From positions 62,001 to 126,000 of the forward strand of contig JAIVFI010000027.1 in NCBI GenBank assembly GCA_025558095.1: a stretch of 64,000 bases of DNA, read 5' to 3'. This document shows positions 53,388 to 64,000 of the stretch, piece after piece (the first letter of the stretch is position 1; each line of letters opens with the position of its first letter). The notes beneath the pieces were generated by a model. The model made no database searches and was not told where the DNA came from. It saw only the letters and a list, made by a program, of their open reading frames with translations. A program made the position numbers and the translations under genes. The stretch is from Hyaloraphidium curvatum SAG 235-1 (lineage: Eukaryota; Fungi; Monoblepharomycota).

Positions 53388-53933
53388 ATGGCCACATTCC
53401 GCCGCGTCCTCGAGTTTGCCGAGCTCTCGAGCTTCCTGGACGCCAACACTGGCCGCCTCATCCCGGAGAAGCTCGCGACGGGGCCGGGGGGTTTCCCACC
53501 CGTGACCACCACCTACAAGTTCTGGGGCATCAAGACGGCCGCCGACGTGCAGAGCGTGATGGCCAGCGAGATGGAGTGGCTCATTGAGCACGCGGACCAG
53601 GCGCGGCCTCTGCTTGGGCGCCTCATTGAAGCCGGGTGGGCGTCTTCGGCCGAGATGCTGGACATGCTGCTCGCAATGTCATCGGTGGGCTCGTCTGGTG
53701 CCGTTCGGCGCCGTTGGTTTTGTTCTCACCGTACTGTGAAGCAATCCGGATCCGCTTCGGTGGGACAAGACGATCTGGCGGCCCAGATGGATCAGCTCGG
53801 CATCAACCAGCCCCTTCGGTCTGCCCTCGAGCCGCCCGGAGCCCCGCCCGCGCAGGGCAAGAAGAAGGCCCCGAGGAAGAGGCATACGAAGGGGAAGAAG
53901 AAGAACCAGCAGACGGTCCCGGATGCAGCCTGA
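53388..53933 (+). CDS. Hypothetical protein with a basic (NLS-like) C-terminus; probable in-frame intron
   Basis: GC3-biased codons; putative intron ~53685-53741; KKKAPRKRHTKGKKK. Confidence 0.55.
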   Translation: MATFRRVLEFAELSSFLDANTGRLIPEKLATGPGGFPPVTTTYKFWGIKTAADVQSVMASEMEWLIEHADQARPLLGRLIEAGWASSAEMLDMLLAMSSVGSSGAVRRRWFCSHRTVKQSGSASVGQDDLAAQMDQLGINQPLRSALEPPGAPPAQGKKKAPRKRHTKGKKKNQQTVPDAA

Positions 53934-53979
53934 AAATTGCGGGCTTCGCGAGCCTCACAATAGATTCGCGTCGAACGCC

Positions 53980-54491
53980 GCGATCTTCCAATCGATGACC
54001 GCGGCCGCCTCGGGCGGGTATCCGCCCTCCTCCTTTGCCCTGCGGAAGAACCGCTCGATCATATCCCTCCTCAGCCGCACGCCCCATCAGCCCCTCCATG
54101 TCCACCGCCTCCCCGTACCCCTCGCAGAGCCATCCGACGAAGGCGTCCACGTCCAGGCCTGGCACGTCCCAGTCGAACACGTCCAGCTCAATCGCGCCGT
54201 TCGAAGCGCGGTGACGCGGAAGTTGCTCACGCTGAGGTCACCGTGGATCACGCCGAAGTTCTCGCGTCCGGTCGGGATCGGAGGTCCTTCGGCACCGACC
54301 AGCACGCCGTGTGCGCGGCGTCCCAGCTCTGGATCCTCGCCGCGATGTCCGGGTGCTCCACAGGAGGGGCGGGACTGGCGCTCATTTACCTGCTGAGGTA
54401 CAAAAAGGTGGGGTGGAAGCTCCTTGCTCGGATATAGGAGCGTCAAACCAGCTCGGCGATGAAGAGACCCATGCAAATCCACCTTGTTCAA
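53980..54491 (-). pseudogene. Degraded APH/choline-kinase-like phosphotransferase
   Basis: RENFGVIHGDLSVSNF (catalytic loop), VFDWD (metal-binding) and FVGWLCEGYG lie in different frames, with the segment after FDWD missing. Confidence 0.7.
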
Positions 54492-54506
54492 TCATGAGAG
54501 GTGCGG

Positions 54507-56261
54507 TCACATTGCGATCAGTGCCAGAGACAAATATGCAATGCGGGCTATAGTGAATGACCAGCGCACCGGCATCGCAGCCGACACGCGGCTGAAGGAA
54601 GTTGTGAATGGCGTACTGATCGGCCCTGTTGGGGATACGGTCGCACCGGTGCTGGACGCCGTCGGAGCCGTGGCGGCCGGGCACGCCTCGGGGGCCCCGC
54701 CGTTCAGCACCCTCCAGGCCTCCCCGCACCATCCTTCGGCGGTCTGGGTGCACACGTAGCCCTGTAAGCCGCCGATCCCGGGCATTGGCTCGCCGGGAGC
54801 AAGTCGCATGCACGCCCCGTCGTCGAACCACGAGCACATGGTGGCGTTCGGACCCTGGCACTGCACGGTTTGCCGCTCCGGAGTGAGCCGCACGAGGACA
54901 GAGTGAGCCTTGTCGGGGCAGCTGGTGAAGCAGGTCCAGGGTCCAGGGGTGGGTGTCGATGTCGCCGTGCCCGTTGCCGTGATGCCTGTTGCCGTGCACT
55001 GGGTCGGAGCGGTCTGGTTGTTGAGGACAACGTCGGCGGCAACCTTGCACCACCCCGTGGCTGTGGAGGTGCATATGATTCCTTCCGAATCCTCCCAGAG
55101 GTACGGATTCGTGTGCGGCTCATTCGAGCCAGGAGCCAGGACGCCGCAGTTTGCGTCCGTAAAGAAGGAGCACGTCGCGGGTGCCCCAAAGAAGTCGTCC
55201 GTCCCCAGGCACACCACCGTGTCATTGGCCCTCCTGACCTGCAGGTAGAGGCCCCCGTCATTGCAGCTCCTCAGGCAAGTCCAAGGACCGAACCAGGGCG
55301 GGCCCAAGCACTCGGCGGCCGCGGTCTGATTACGGACGAGGACGTCCATAGCAGCTTTGCACCACCCGCGTATTCCTGCGTTGCACCTCAACCCGCCGGC
55401 CACGGGGGTGTTGGAACTCGTGTCCGGCCTCTTTGAGCCAGGGGCCACGATGGAGCAGTCCACATCCGAATAGAAAGTGCAGGTCACTGGTTCTTCGGCG
55501 GATGGATACGTCCCCAGGCACTCCACGAAGTTGTCAGCTGTGGTCCTCCTGACCTGCACGTAGAGCCCCCAATCATCACAGCTCTTGATGCAGGTCCACG
55601 CCCACGGGGGGCCCCACGCTGTAGAAAGGCCGAACTCCTGCTTCTCCGTCACGTCGGGACACGACACAGGTTTGATTTGCTTGACCAGATAATCGTGGGC
55701 ATCCCGACACCATGTGCCCTCCCACCCTTCGCCCGACGGGTTGCAGGCGACTCCCCCGCCTTTCTGCGGAGGCATTCCCGGGGAAATGATGGCCGTACAG
55801 AGGGGATCTGAGTACCAGGTGCACGTCCCGTTGCTCGGGCCGCGGCAACTCAGGTTGTAGTTGGAGCTGCCGCTGCTTGCATTGTAGGAATAGTCTACCC
55901 CGACCCAATTGCAGCCATTCGAGGGGCTGCGAATACAGGATCCCACGGCGGCGCACTTGTAGGGCGCCGGCTGGCGACGGTACCGGGAGTAGCTAGAAAA
56001 GTTGCCGCCCGGGCACCGTCCGATGCACTGCGCCACGCTGTCGCTTTCAGAGGGACCCGAAAGGCTGCGTGACCTTTCGCGGCACACCAGGAAACCCGTT
56101 CCGGGGTCGATGACCTCGGTTCTTGTGAAGGAGCTGCTCGAGGTCGCCGAGGCCCCGAGGGACGCTGTCGCGACCAGCGCCGCCGCCAGGGCGAGCGCAG
56201 TTCCGAATGTCCGCGTGCCGGGGCCCACGTAGGAGCGGGAGCGCCTGCTTTCCCACGGCAT
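54507..56261 (-). CDS. Secreted or cell-surface protein with four tandem ~95-aa Cys-rich modules, intronless
   Basis: Hydrophobic N-terminal segment ALALAAALVATASLGASA; repeated WTC..SC..VR..V.C.G..C.(W/F)..D..C...APG..G..C..GWC..A..VL; Thr-rich linker; hydrophobic C-terminus. Confidence 0.8.
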   Translation of the reverse strand: MPWESRRSRSYVGPGTRTFGTALALAAALVATASLGASATSSSSFTRTEVIDPGTGFLVCRERSRSLSGPSESDSVAQCIGRCPGGNFSSYSRYRRQPAPYKCAAVGSCIRSPSNGCNWVGVDYSYNASSGSSNYNLSCRGPSNGTCTWYSDPLCTAIISPGMPPQKGGGVACNPSGEGWEGTWCRDAHDYLVKQIKPVSCPDVTEKQEFGLSTAWGPPWAWTCIKSCDDWGLYVQVRRTTADNFVECLGTYPSAEEPVTCTFYSDVDCSIVAPGSKRPDTSSNTPVAGGLRCNAGIRGWCKAAMDVLVRNQTAAAECLGPPWFGPWTCLRSCNDGGLYLQVRRANDTVVCLGTDDFFGAPATCSFFTDANCGVLAPGSNEPHTNPYLWEDSEGIICTSTATGWCKVAADVVLNNQTAPTQCTATGITATGTATSTPTPGPWTCFTSCPDKAHSVLVRLTPERQTVQCQGPNATMCSWFDDGACMRLAPGEPMPGIGGLQGYVCTQTAEGWCGEAWRVLNGGAPEACPAATAPTASSTGATVSPTGPISTPFTTSFSRVSAAMPVRWSFTIARIAYLSLALIAM

Positions 56262-56385
56262 GGTGTCCGTAATGTCTGACTTTGAGAATGTAGTTCCGGT
56301 TGGAGTCATCCGGGTCGGAGCTCAGCCTCAACTCAAACGGATGTAATGAGGAGCTAGCAATCCCACCATACACTTAGAAATCCCC

Positions 56386-58960
56386 CTACGCCCCAAGAAT
56401 CAGCTCCTCATCTACATTCAAACCAAAAGCGACCGGCGCGGGGGCCGGAGCGTTGACAGCGGCGGCTTCGGTGCACAGCTGAAGCCAGTGTTGGAGTTGG
56501 GCCGCGACGCCAAGAGCCCAGGCCACCGCGATCCGCTCGCGGAAGCGCCGCACAAAACGAGAGTAAAGGCCATCGAGGTCCACGGGCTGCCCATCGCGGC
56601 CGACGATCCCGGGGTACTGGATGCGCCCCATCTCCGAGGAGAAGCGCGAGAAAGTGTCAGAGACAGCGCTGTACGAAACAAAAGCAACCACGATCAGAGG
56701 GTAGAAGTTGGCGTTGAAGACGAAACGGGAGTAGTCCTTCCTGGCGGCCTCGACCCGCCGTTCGACTGCGTGGCCCGGGACCGAGAAGACCAGGCCCGTG
56801 TGCAAATGGGCCATAGAAGTGAGGGTCTTGATCTCGAGCAACCACCGTTTCCGGGTTTCGCGGTGCGTGATGAGAACGTCTCCAAGGCGGCCAGCATCCG
56901 CAGGCGTGGGCGGGGTGACAGTCTCGTAGCCATGCGCAAAGAGGTTTGGCGGCATGGGGTGCACGCGGAGGAGAAGCGCCGCGCGGATGGCCGCGCAAAT
57001 GTCGTCGTGACCAGGACTGAAGAGATCGCGGCCATAGCAGCCCGAGAACGCGTGCTCCCCCGTCAGCGACATGGCCGATCGCTTGCAGCCCCGCCGGCAG
57101 GGCAAGGAAAGACCAGGGTAGTCGGCCTCGTGCAGCAGCGGGAGGCAAAGCCGGAAGCGCACAAGTAAGCGGAAAAAGTTGTTGCGAATGTGGTTGGCAA
57201 GCAGCGCGGGAGAGGCAGTCAGGAAAGCCGACAGGCCGTCCTGCGCCTGCACAAGCCGCTTGCGCCGCTCCAGACCCGCGGAGGTGTCAGGTTGCAAAGC
57301 AATCAGAGCCACGAGGCGGCGCTGGTCCTCGAGACGCGTGAGGTCGCTCTGCAAGCAGTGCCAAACCGGCTGAGCGAAGAAACTGGCGTCTGCAGGGAGC
57401 GTACGGCGAGCTGGTGCGGCGCCCAGCGGATGGGGAGGGGGAGGATCCTCAGGAGGACGTACGTGCACCCGGGCACCTCTCCGCAAGGGAATGTTTCAGC
57501 AAGAAGATGACGACGTGGTCGGGGAAGGCCGCCAGCCACGCGTTCACCGCGTGGGCGGTCGCCTCCGCGCCCCCGTCCACCCCGTGACCCAGGTCCTCCT
57601 GCTGTTAGAGCTTCCTCAGGAGATCCTTGTACCGCGCGGCCAGGTACGAGCCCGCGAGCCGCGTGATGCCCTCCATAATGCCAATCGGCCGGAGCCCCCC
57701 CCCTCCGGCTTGAGCAAAGGAACGAGGATTTGATCCGGGAGGAGCGGCCGGAGCATGGGGGTGTCGAGTCGGCCAGTGCACACGCCGTGCACCATGGCCG
57801 CCAGCGGGCGGAGCTTCCGCCGCGTCGCGTCGTTCTCGCAGTTGTGCACGATGAAAAGTTTTGGCCATGCTGAAACCCGACATGCCGGCCCCCACGCCGT
57901 CCTTCTTCCGGCGCAACCGAGCCCAGATGTCCCCCAGGAAAGCCGCGTCCGTGTAGGCAGGACAGGGCGCGGGCGCGTTGGGGGGCAGAGACAGCCGACA
58001 CAGCGGCTCTCCCTCCCGCGGCCCTGGGTACAGCTCCTCCAGTTCCGCCTGCAGCGTGGGCGTGAAGCCAGCCGGAACGGCCTCCCCCGAGAGGGCCGCG
58101 GACGCAGCACCAGGAGCGCCCTTCAGGGCGGCAAGCACGATGGCCTTGAAGAGCTGGTAGTTGAGCGGCCGCAGCCCGTCCCGCCGCGCGCCCCGGTTGA
58201 CCTGACGGGCGGCGAAGTAGTTCTGCTCGTACATGTAATCCCCCGACATGACGTAGCCGCCAAACGCAAGGTAGGCGGTGAGAGCGCGGTGCAGGTCGGA
58301 TTCCGGTGCCGCCGGGTCCTCGTAGGCCCGTTGGAAAGACTCGCTGGCCCGGAAGGCGAGCGTGCTCCAGGTGGTGGTCCGGTAGCGGTGCTTCAGCGGC
58401 ATCGGCGGCGGCGCCCCCGCGCCCCCGCCCGGCGGCGGATCAGGCCCGGGACCCCCGGGTGGACCACCGTCGCCCGGGTCGCCCGGCTCACCGCTTTTGC
58501 CGTGCCCGCCAGCCGCGGCGTTGCCGCCCGGCGCGCGGTCGCCGCCTGGGGGATCACCGCCGTCCGGCCGCCGCCGCCAGCGCCGCCCGTTGCGCCTGGC
58601 CGTCCTGCGGGGCGTCGACCGCAACCCGGGCGGCCGCAGGGGCCGCCATCAGCGCGGGCGCGGGTGGCGAAGCACGGGGAGATGCCGAAGATGCCGCCGG
58701 TGACGCCGGTCCCTCCGCGCGTCCCGTGGCAGCCGCCCGATCGGCACGCACGCGATCGAGGAACTCGACGAGATCTGGTGGAAGCGAAGCTAAAGAAACG
58801 CCGAGTGGCGGGTTAGCTGCGTCCGGGTTGCACGAGGTGTGCTGTCCAGAAACCCCGGCACAAGAGGCGTTTGCGGCGTAGGGACGCCGGCAACCCCCGC
58901 ACCGCGCTAGCCCCATGGCGCGCAACGCATCGGCAGACAGGCGTTGCATCGCCAACCAGT
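56386..58960 (-). mobile_element. Decayed non-LTR retrotransposon, CRE/SLACS-like (RLE endonuclease), RT core deleted
   Basis: N-terminal CGGC..H..C finger; RT N-terminal motifs GAGMSGF, LVPLLKPEGG/LRPIGIMEGITRL and LGHGVDGGAEATAHAV; C-terminal RFRLCLP, CRRGC..H...C knuckle, HDDI and RLGDVLI..LLEIKT; frameshifts and a stop at 57605; no YxDD. Confidence 0.85.
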
Positions 58961-58989
58961 GCTCCGGGCTCCGTGTGACCCGAAGATGA

Positions 58990-61932
58990 CCGTCCCGTTT
59001 GTTTTTGTGGGTAGTTGGCTGGAAGCGGCAACCATCGCGAATACCTCTCTGCGATCAACCCGGACGACGACCTTTTCGAAGCTGCAAATGGTCTACCAGC
59101 TCCAAGGCCCAGCTCCTGAGCGACAATGACCTCCAGACCTATCTCCAGTGGTACAGGATGACGGATGCCGTGGGCGCCGTGGGACACAAGGCGACCTCCG
59201 AGTTTGTTGGCGCCGGTTGTCCCCCTTCTCGCGGCGCTGTTCACCGACCTCTCCCCCTTTTGGCGCGCCATGCTTGCGGACATCGATTTGCCGGCGGATG
59301 CGGGTCCCGCCGACCGCGATGCGCCGCCGGAAGGACGTGACCGCGGGGGACCCGTGGACCCCGTGCGCGCAGCATCGGTCGCGAATCGCGCCCGGGCGGT
59401 TCTGCGAGTGAGGCGGCGATATCCCCCTGGGTTTCTCGAGGCACTGGAACGCGCCGATGAGGAGAGAGGTGAATCTGGAGGACCGCCTGGCGCTGGGGGC
59501 CCGCGAGTCCGCCGGCGCTATCCTCCGGGCTTCCTCGACGAGCTGCTTGGGCTCGGCGAGGCCAATAATGGACCTGCAGATGCCGACGTGCTTCGACGGG
59601 GGACAATGCGATCGCCACGGACCCCGAAGACCTGAAGCAGGGGCAAACCGGACGTGCCACTGCCGCTTCTGACCCCACCCGCGACGCCGCGGCCTCGCAA
59701 GCCGCCTCCCGAGTTCGTTCCGGCCCCGCGAGAACCGATTGAGGGGATGAAGCTGGCACCCGGGATCCTTTCGTTCATCCTGACTGCCCCGACAATTCAA
59801 ACCCCGCTGCTCCAACGCGTGACGCTCTACGCGGCGTTCCTGCTCGCCGAAATGTTTCCGGCCGTGTTCGGACCGCGTCTTCGTCATCGGTCTATTGACA
59901 GCCGCTATGGTACATCCCAGGCCATTCATTCGCACCACACGGACGGCAGGCTCCTGACCAAGGAGGAGTACCTGGTGGAGTACGACCGCCAGATGGCCTA
60001 CGTACGGCGCTTTGCCAGGTGCGACGAAGCTGTTCACGGTCAACCATGGTTCCATGTGTCGGACGGTGCTCGAATCTACTTCAAGGGAGAGAACGTTACC
60101 CGCTTCGATCCTTTTGTCGGCTCTGCCCGCGAAGCGGTTCCGTTCCTGGATCTAAAGGTCCTGCTCCGGAATCCGCGGCGGGACGATGCCTTTTTCCGTT
60201 CCGCTATCGCGCAGTATGCCCAGGAGGAGGAGGTCCGACGACTAAACGGCTGTTTCAAGGTCCCAATGGCGCTGAGGACCGCAGAAGGATCGATCCGGCT
60301 GTCTTTGCCGAGGTGCGGGACCAGCTGGCGGTAATCAGGGCCGGGAAAGAACCCGCCCTGAGGTTGCCGGTGGGGATGTTCACGCCCTTGCTGGAGAGAT
60401 TCCGGGCGGCCAAATCGTGGTTGGAGAAGGCCGCCGACAGGGAGCTGGCGAAAGTCCGTGCCTGGGCAGCCCATGTCAAGTCGACATTCTTCGAGAGGCT
60501 GGTTCGCGGGGCAGCGATCCTACGCTATGCCTTCAGCAACCCTCAGGAATGGGTGGATGAAGCACTTGCCGGCATCAGGCACCTGCGGGAACCAGAACTG
60601 AAGTCATACCTCGAAGGCATGTCAATGCGCGATCTTCCGGAGAAACTGGCATGGCAATGTTCAGCCAAGATTGTCCGCTCCGCCATCAAGAAGCTGGACA
60701 AGATCGATCGAGCGTGGTCCGCATACGCGACGGCCCGCACGGAGAGCGAGATGGAGACGCACTCGACCAACGTCGCCGCCATCGCCGCCGCCCTTCGGAA
60801 CGGGAGCTCGTGCAAGGACGTGCTTCGGAACATCGAAAGGGTCGTGGAGGAGTGCGAGCGGTACGGGTTCGAGCACACCAACCGTCGCATCGACGCGCGC
60901 TTCGGGAACAGGAGCGCGCGAGACACGGAGAGGGAATGGCTTCCCAGCACCGCTGCGCGCGCCTGTGGGTTCGATTTCGCCTTCAAGGACCAGGATGCGT
61001 TCGTCGTGGAGTGCCGCGGTCGCGGCGGAGCGCCCTTGCGGGTACCCTCCATCGAGATCCAGTACTACTCGCACATTGAGGACGATACACGTGCCTTCAG
61101 CGAGGCCACGGCGCGCGGCGTCGATCGCCTTGCATATGTTCCTCGGCGTGAGGAGCGCATCGAGATCCGGATGGAGAACGCGATTTGGTCGGGTATCGAC
61201 CAGACTGTCGGGGTCAAGATCGACGAAGACGGGTCCGCACGCGTGAGCGGGTGCTTTATCCCGCACCTCGAGTTTCTGGAGCGGCTGAACCAGGACTTTG
61301 ACCACACCGTACGGACTGCGCGGGCGGGGAGAGAATGCCCCTTCTGCGGCGAGGGCGGCGAGGCGGCTGCTTCCTCCGACAAGAAGCGTTCGTGCAAATG
61401 CGCCGAGAAGTTCTCCCTCCCAAAGGCCGAGGGCGGATCTGCATCGGGTCTCACGTCGGCAAAGAGGAAGGCCGACGACGACGCGGGTTCGAATACCGAG
61501 AAGCGCCCCCGCACCGACGGCGCTCCCTCTTCGAGGGCCCTCCTCACTTTGGACTTTGGCCCCGAGGGCATGCTCGAGCTCCGCGACCCGGTCTGGAACT
61601 CCTCGAGCATCATGCAGGCCTACCTCTCCGCGGTCGGCGAGGACGAGGACATCGTGGTCCCCGCCCACGAGATCGGCGGGGAGGTGTGGAGCTTTCAATG
61701 GTGGAATGCGCTGGTGGGCGCGGTGGAGGACGGGAGGAAGCCCCGGAACGGCGCCGAGGTCGCGGGCATGCTGAGGCTGGTGCTGTTCCTGGCGGGCGAG
61801 GGCAACGGGATCGCGACCAAGGCATTTGGATCCCCGGACGGGGCGCTGGACATCGTCGCGAACATGATCGACGCGCACCTGAGCCGGGACGAGCTGCGCG
61901 CGGCTTTCGAGACGCCGCCGCCGAAGGCCTAG
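58990..61932 (+). pseudogene. Large frameshifted gene of unknown function ending in a Skp1/BTB-like domain
   Basis: Consecutive coding-like ORFs in shifting frames (59165-59635, 59654-60260, 60260-61932); CPFC..CKC; NLS-like KRK..KRPR; C-terminus SSIMQAYL..DIVVP..ALDIVANMIDAHLSRDELRAAF. Confidence 0.55.
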
Positions 61933-62273
61933 TACTGGGACGTAGTATGGGACGGCAACATGTATTGAGCCGAATTCGATTCAGTGCGATACCGACCTCC
62001 ACCTCGTCCTGTTTCAGCAACGTACGCAGACTGGGGATCCGGGGAACATTTCAGTTGCCAGTGAGCTGTATGCCATACATCTATTGGAACTCTCCGCGCT
62101 GGGCTCATGGAGAGAGTGAGGACCCAGGAACGGAACGCCGCCCGCAACGAGGCGCAGCAGCAGCCTCTCCGACGGAGGTCCCCCGAGCCCTCCCACCTCC
62201 GCCCGGCAGTGGCCACGCGGGCGGTCTGCTCCACCCGCCTGCGCACCTTCCGTTGGCCTATCTCCGACCCGCG

Positions 62274-63884
62274 ATGGCCTTCCGCGTGGCGGCGCTGGCC
62301 CTCGCCGCCGCGATCCTGCTCGCCGCGCCGGTCTCGGCCACCGTCCCGTGCGGCGACCTCGCGCGGCTCCGCTCCTTCGCGCAGAAAGAAGTCTGGGCGC
62401 TCCCGTACCTCAACCTGGCCAGCATCGCATACACCGACGAATCTACGGGCAGCGTCGCCAGCGCGGCTGCGGACATAAACACGACGGTGAACACTGTCCT
62501 GCCCCAGCTGCCGTGCCCCTACGTCGCCACGAAGCCAAAGGTGCCCGGCCGGTGGTTTCTCGAATGGGGACCGGCCGTGTCGCGGGACAACGCCAACTTC
62601 GTCTACGCGGTTTCCTACCGTCTGAACACCAACACGACGAACGTGCCGTTCAGCGCCAACTCTTCGGCCTTTCCGCCCGTCTTCCTCGCCTTTGCGATCC
62701 GGGGCACCGATACCCTGACCAACGGTGGGTCTCGAAAGCGCCGGCCAGCAGTTGGTGTACTTACGGCAGCCCGTCTCCAGGCACCGCATTAGTCCTTCAA
62801 CTCCTCGAGGACTTCCAGCCCTTCACCACCGTCGACTGGAGCTCCAACATTGCCTCCCGTGGTCCCCTGGCTATCCGCTGCCCCCTTCCGATCGGCGGCG
62901 GCAACAACAGCAACAGCAACGTCTCGGCCCCTTTCCCGTCGCCCGCGGTGGCCTGGGGATCGTGCATCGGCCTCAAGTCCCTCATGGCGCTCACCTCCCG
63001 TCCCGCCTCCCTCGGGGGCGGGCCGGCGAACGCGCTGGGGTTCCTCAACGCCTTCGTGGCGCGGTGGGGCAGCTCTGTGCCCGTGTTGGTCACGGGACAC
63101 TCGCTCGGAGGGACCCAGACCACGATGCTGGCCATGTACCTCCAGGCCAGGGTGACGGGAGGGACGGCGGTGAAGGTCGGAGCTTTCCCTATTGCGCCGG
63201 CGACCGCTGGCAACAAACGTGGGTCATTCGAGGGACCAGAGCGTGCTCGATCTGACTCCATCGGCAGCCTTTGCCTCGCTCTTCACCTCGACCTTGGGCG
63301 CCAGGTCGCAGCTCTACATGAACACTCTCGGTGGGCCGATTGCCTCTACCATCCGCTGCAACATCATTGAACCAGCCTCCCTTGACAGACTTTGTTCCGC
63401 ACGGCTACCAATTCGTCCTCCCCACGCTGGGCCTCTGGTTCCTCTACGGCGGCCCCGCAACCCCCGCACCCCTCGTGCCCCTCACCCTCCTCGCCGCCGA
63501 CCTGATCAAGGATATCGGGTACACGCATCCGACGCCGCACAACTGGATGCGCGGGCGGTACGCGCCCGCCGCGAACCAGACCTACCCGGGCAGCCCGTGG
63601 GGCGCGCAGCTGGAGTGGCAACACTTCCCGCCCAACTACTACTCGATGATGTGTTATTACTTCAAGAAAGGGACGGGCAAGGTGCGGACGACGATGGCGG
63701 ATTACCCGCTCGGTGAGTTCCCGCAGCTTCCCACCGATCTCTGCACTCTCTCTGATCGGAACGCCGCCCGTCATCCGCAGTAAAAGGACCAGGGATGTCC
63801 CTCGCGGCGTACCCGAACTGCGCATCGGCGGTCAGCGTGTTCACCTCCCTCGACTCGCCGGGCGTCATCACCAGACCCGGTTAG
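62274..63884 (+). CDS. Secreted class 3 lipase (alpha/beta hydrolase), 5 exons
   Basis: Signal peptide; WGPA, FAIRGT, VLVTGHSLGG, APATAGN, NTL|DFVP and QH; four GT-AG introns; stop TAG at 63884. Confidence 0.88.
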
Positions 63885-64000
63885 GCACAAATGTGGCATG
63901 GGCGAGCATGGATTAGGTCCGACATATATATCTCTGTGTTCTTATTTTATGGCTTTGTCGGCCATCTCGCTTCAGATTCGGCGACCTGCTCCGAGATTCG

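Noticed and set aside
61335-62792. 485-aa ORF as a long N-terminal extension of the lipase
   Set aside because: The real start is the ATG at 62274, which begins a clear signal peptide. The upstream part overlaps another gene in a different frame.
1-64000. rRNA, tRNA or other structured ncRNA genes
   Set aside because: No recognisable cloverleaf or rRNA conserved sequence was seen by eye. tRNAscan-SE and Infernal would be needed to exclude them.

Overview
This is GC-rich (roughly 65-70% by eye), gene-dense eukaryotic DNA. It has many short GT-AG introns (donors often GTGGGT/GTGCGT, CTGAC/CTGAT branch points) and divergent gene pairs only ~110-180 bp apart. The gene content (EHD3/HIBCH, PHD-JmjC JHD1, ADP1-type ABCG, MCH-type MFS, DUF4470, Crz1-like zinc fingers) points to a fungus. 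An early-diverging, chytrid-like lineage such as Monoblepharidomycota/Hyaloraphidium is my inference, not something verified. About 35 genes and remnants can be called, plus one decayed CRE-like non-LTR retrotransposon. No rRNA, tRNA or CRISPR was seen. Four signals stand out. (1) Six copies (2 intact, 4 decaying) of a 7-TM family whose topology and TM7 motif resemble the insect gustatory/odorant receptor-like 7TM ion channel superfamily (GRL/DUF3537), with a family-specific His/Cys loop motif. (2) An intronless Cys-less (Pro-loop) pentameric ligand-gated ion channel, a family not generally described in fungi; it lies between an inverted pair of those 7-TM genes, next to a bacterial-type polysaccharide pyruvyltransferase. 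(3) An intronless plastid/cyanobacterial PAA-type Cu P1B-ATPase carrying a mitochondrial-like presequence. (4) A fasciclin with a collagen-like (GPP-GHG)n insert. All family assignments are from motif recognition by eye, without database searches.
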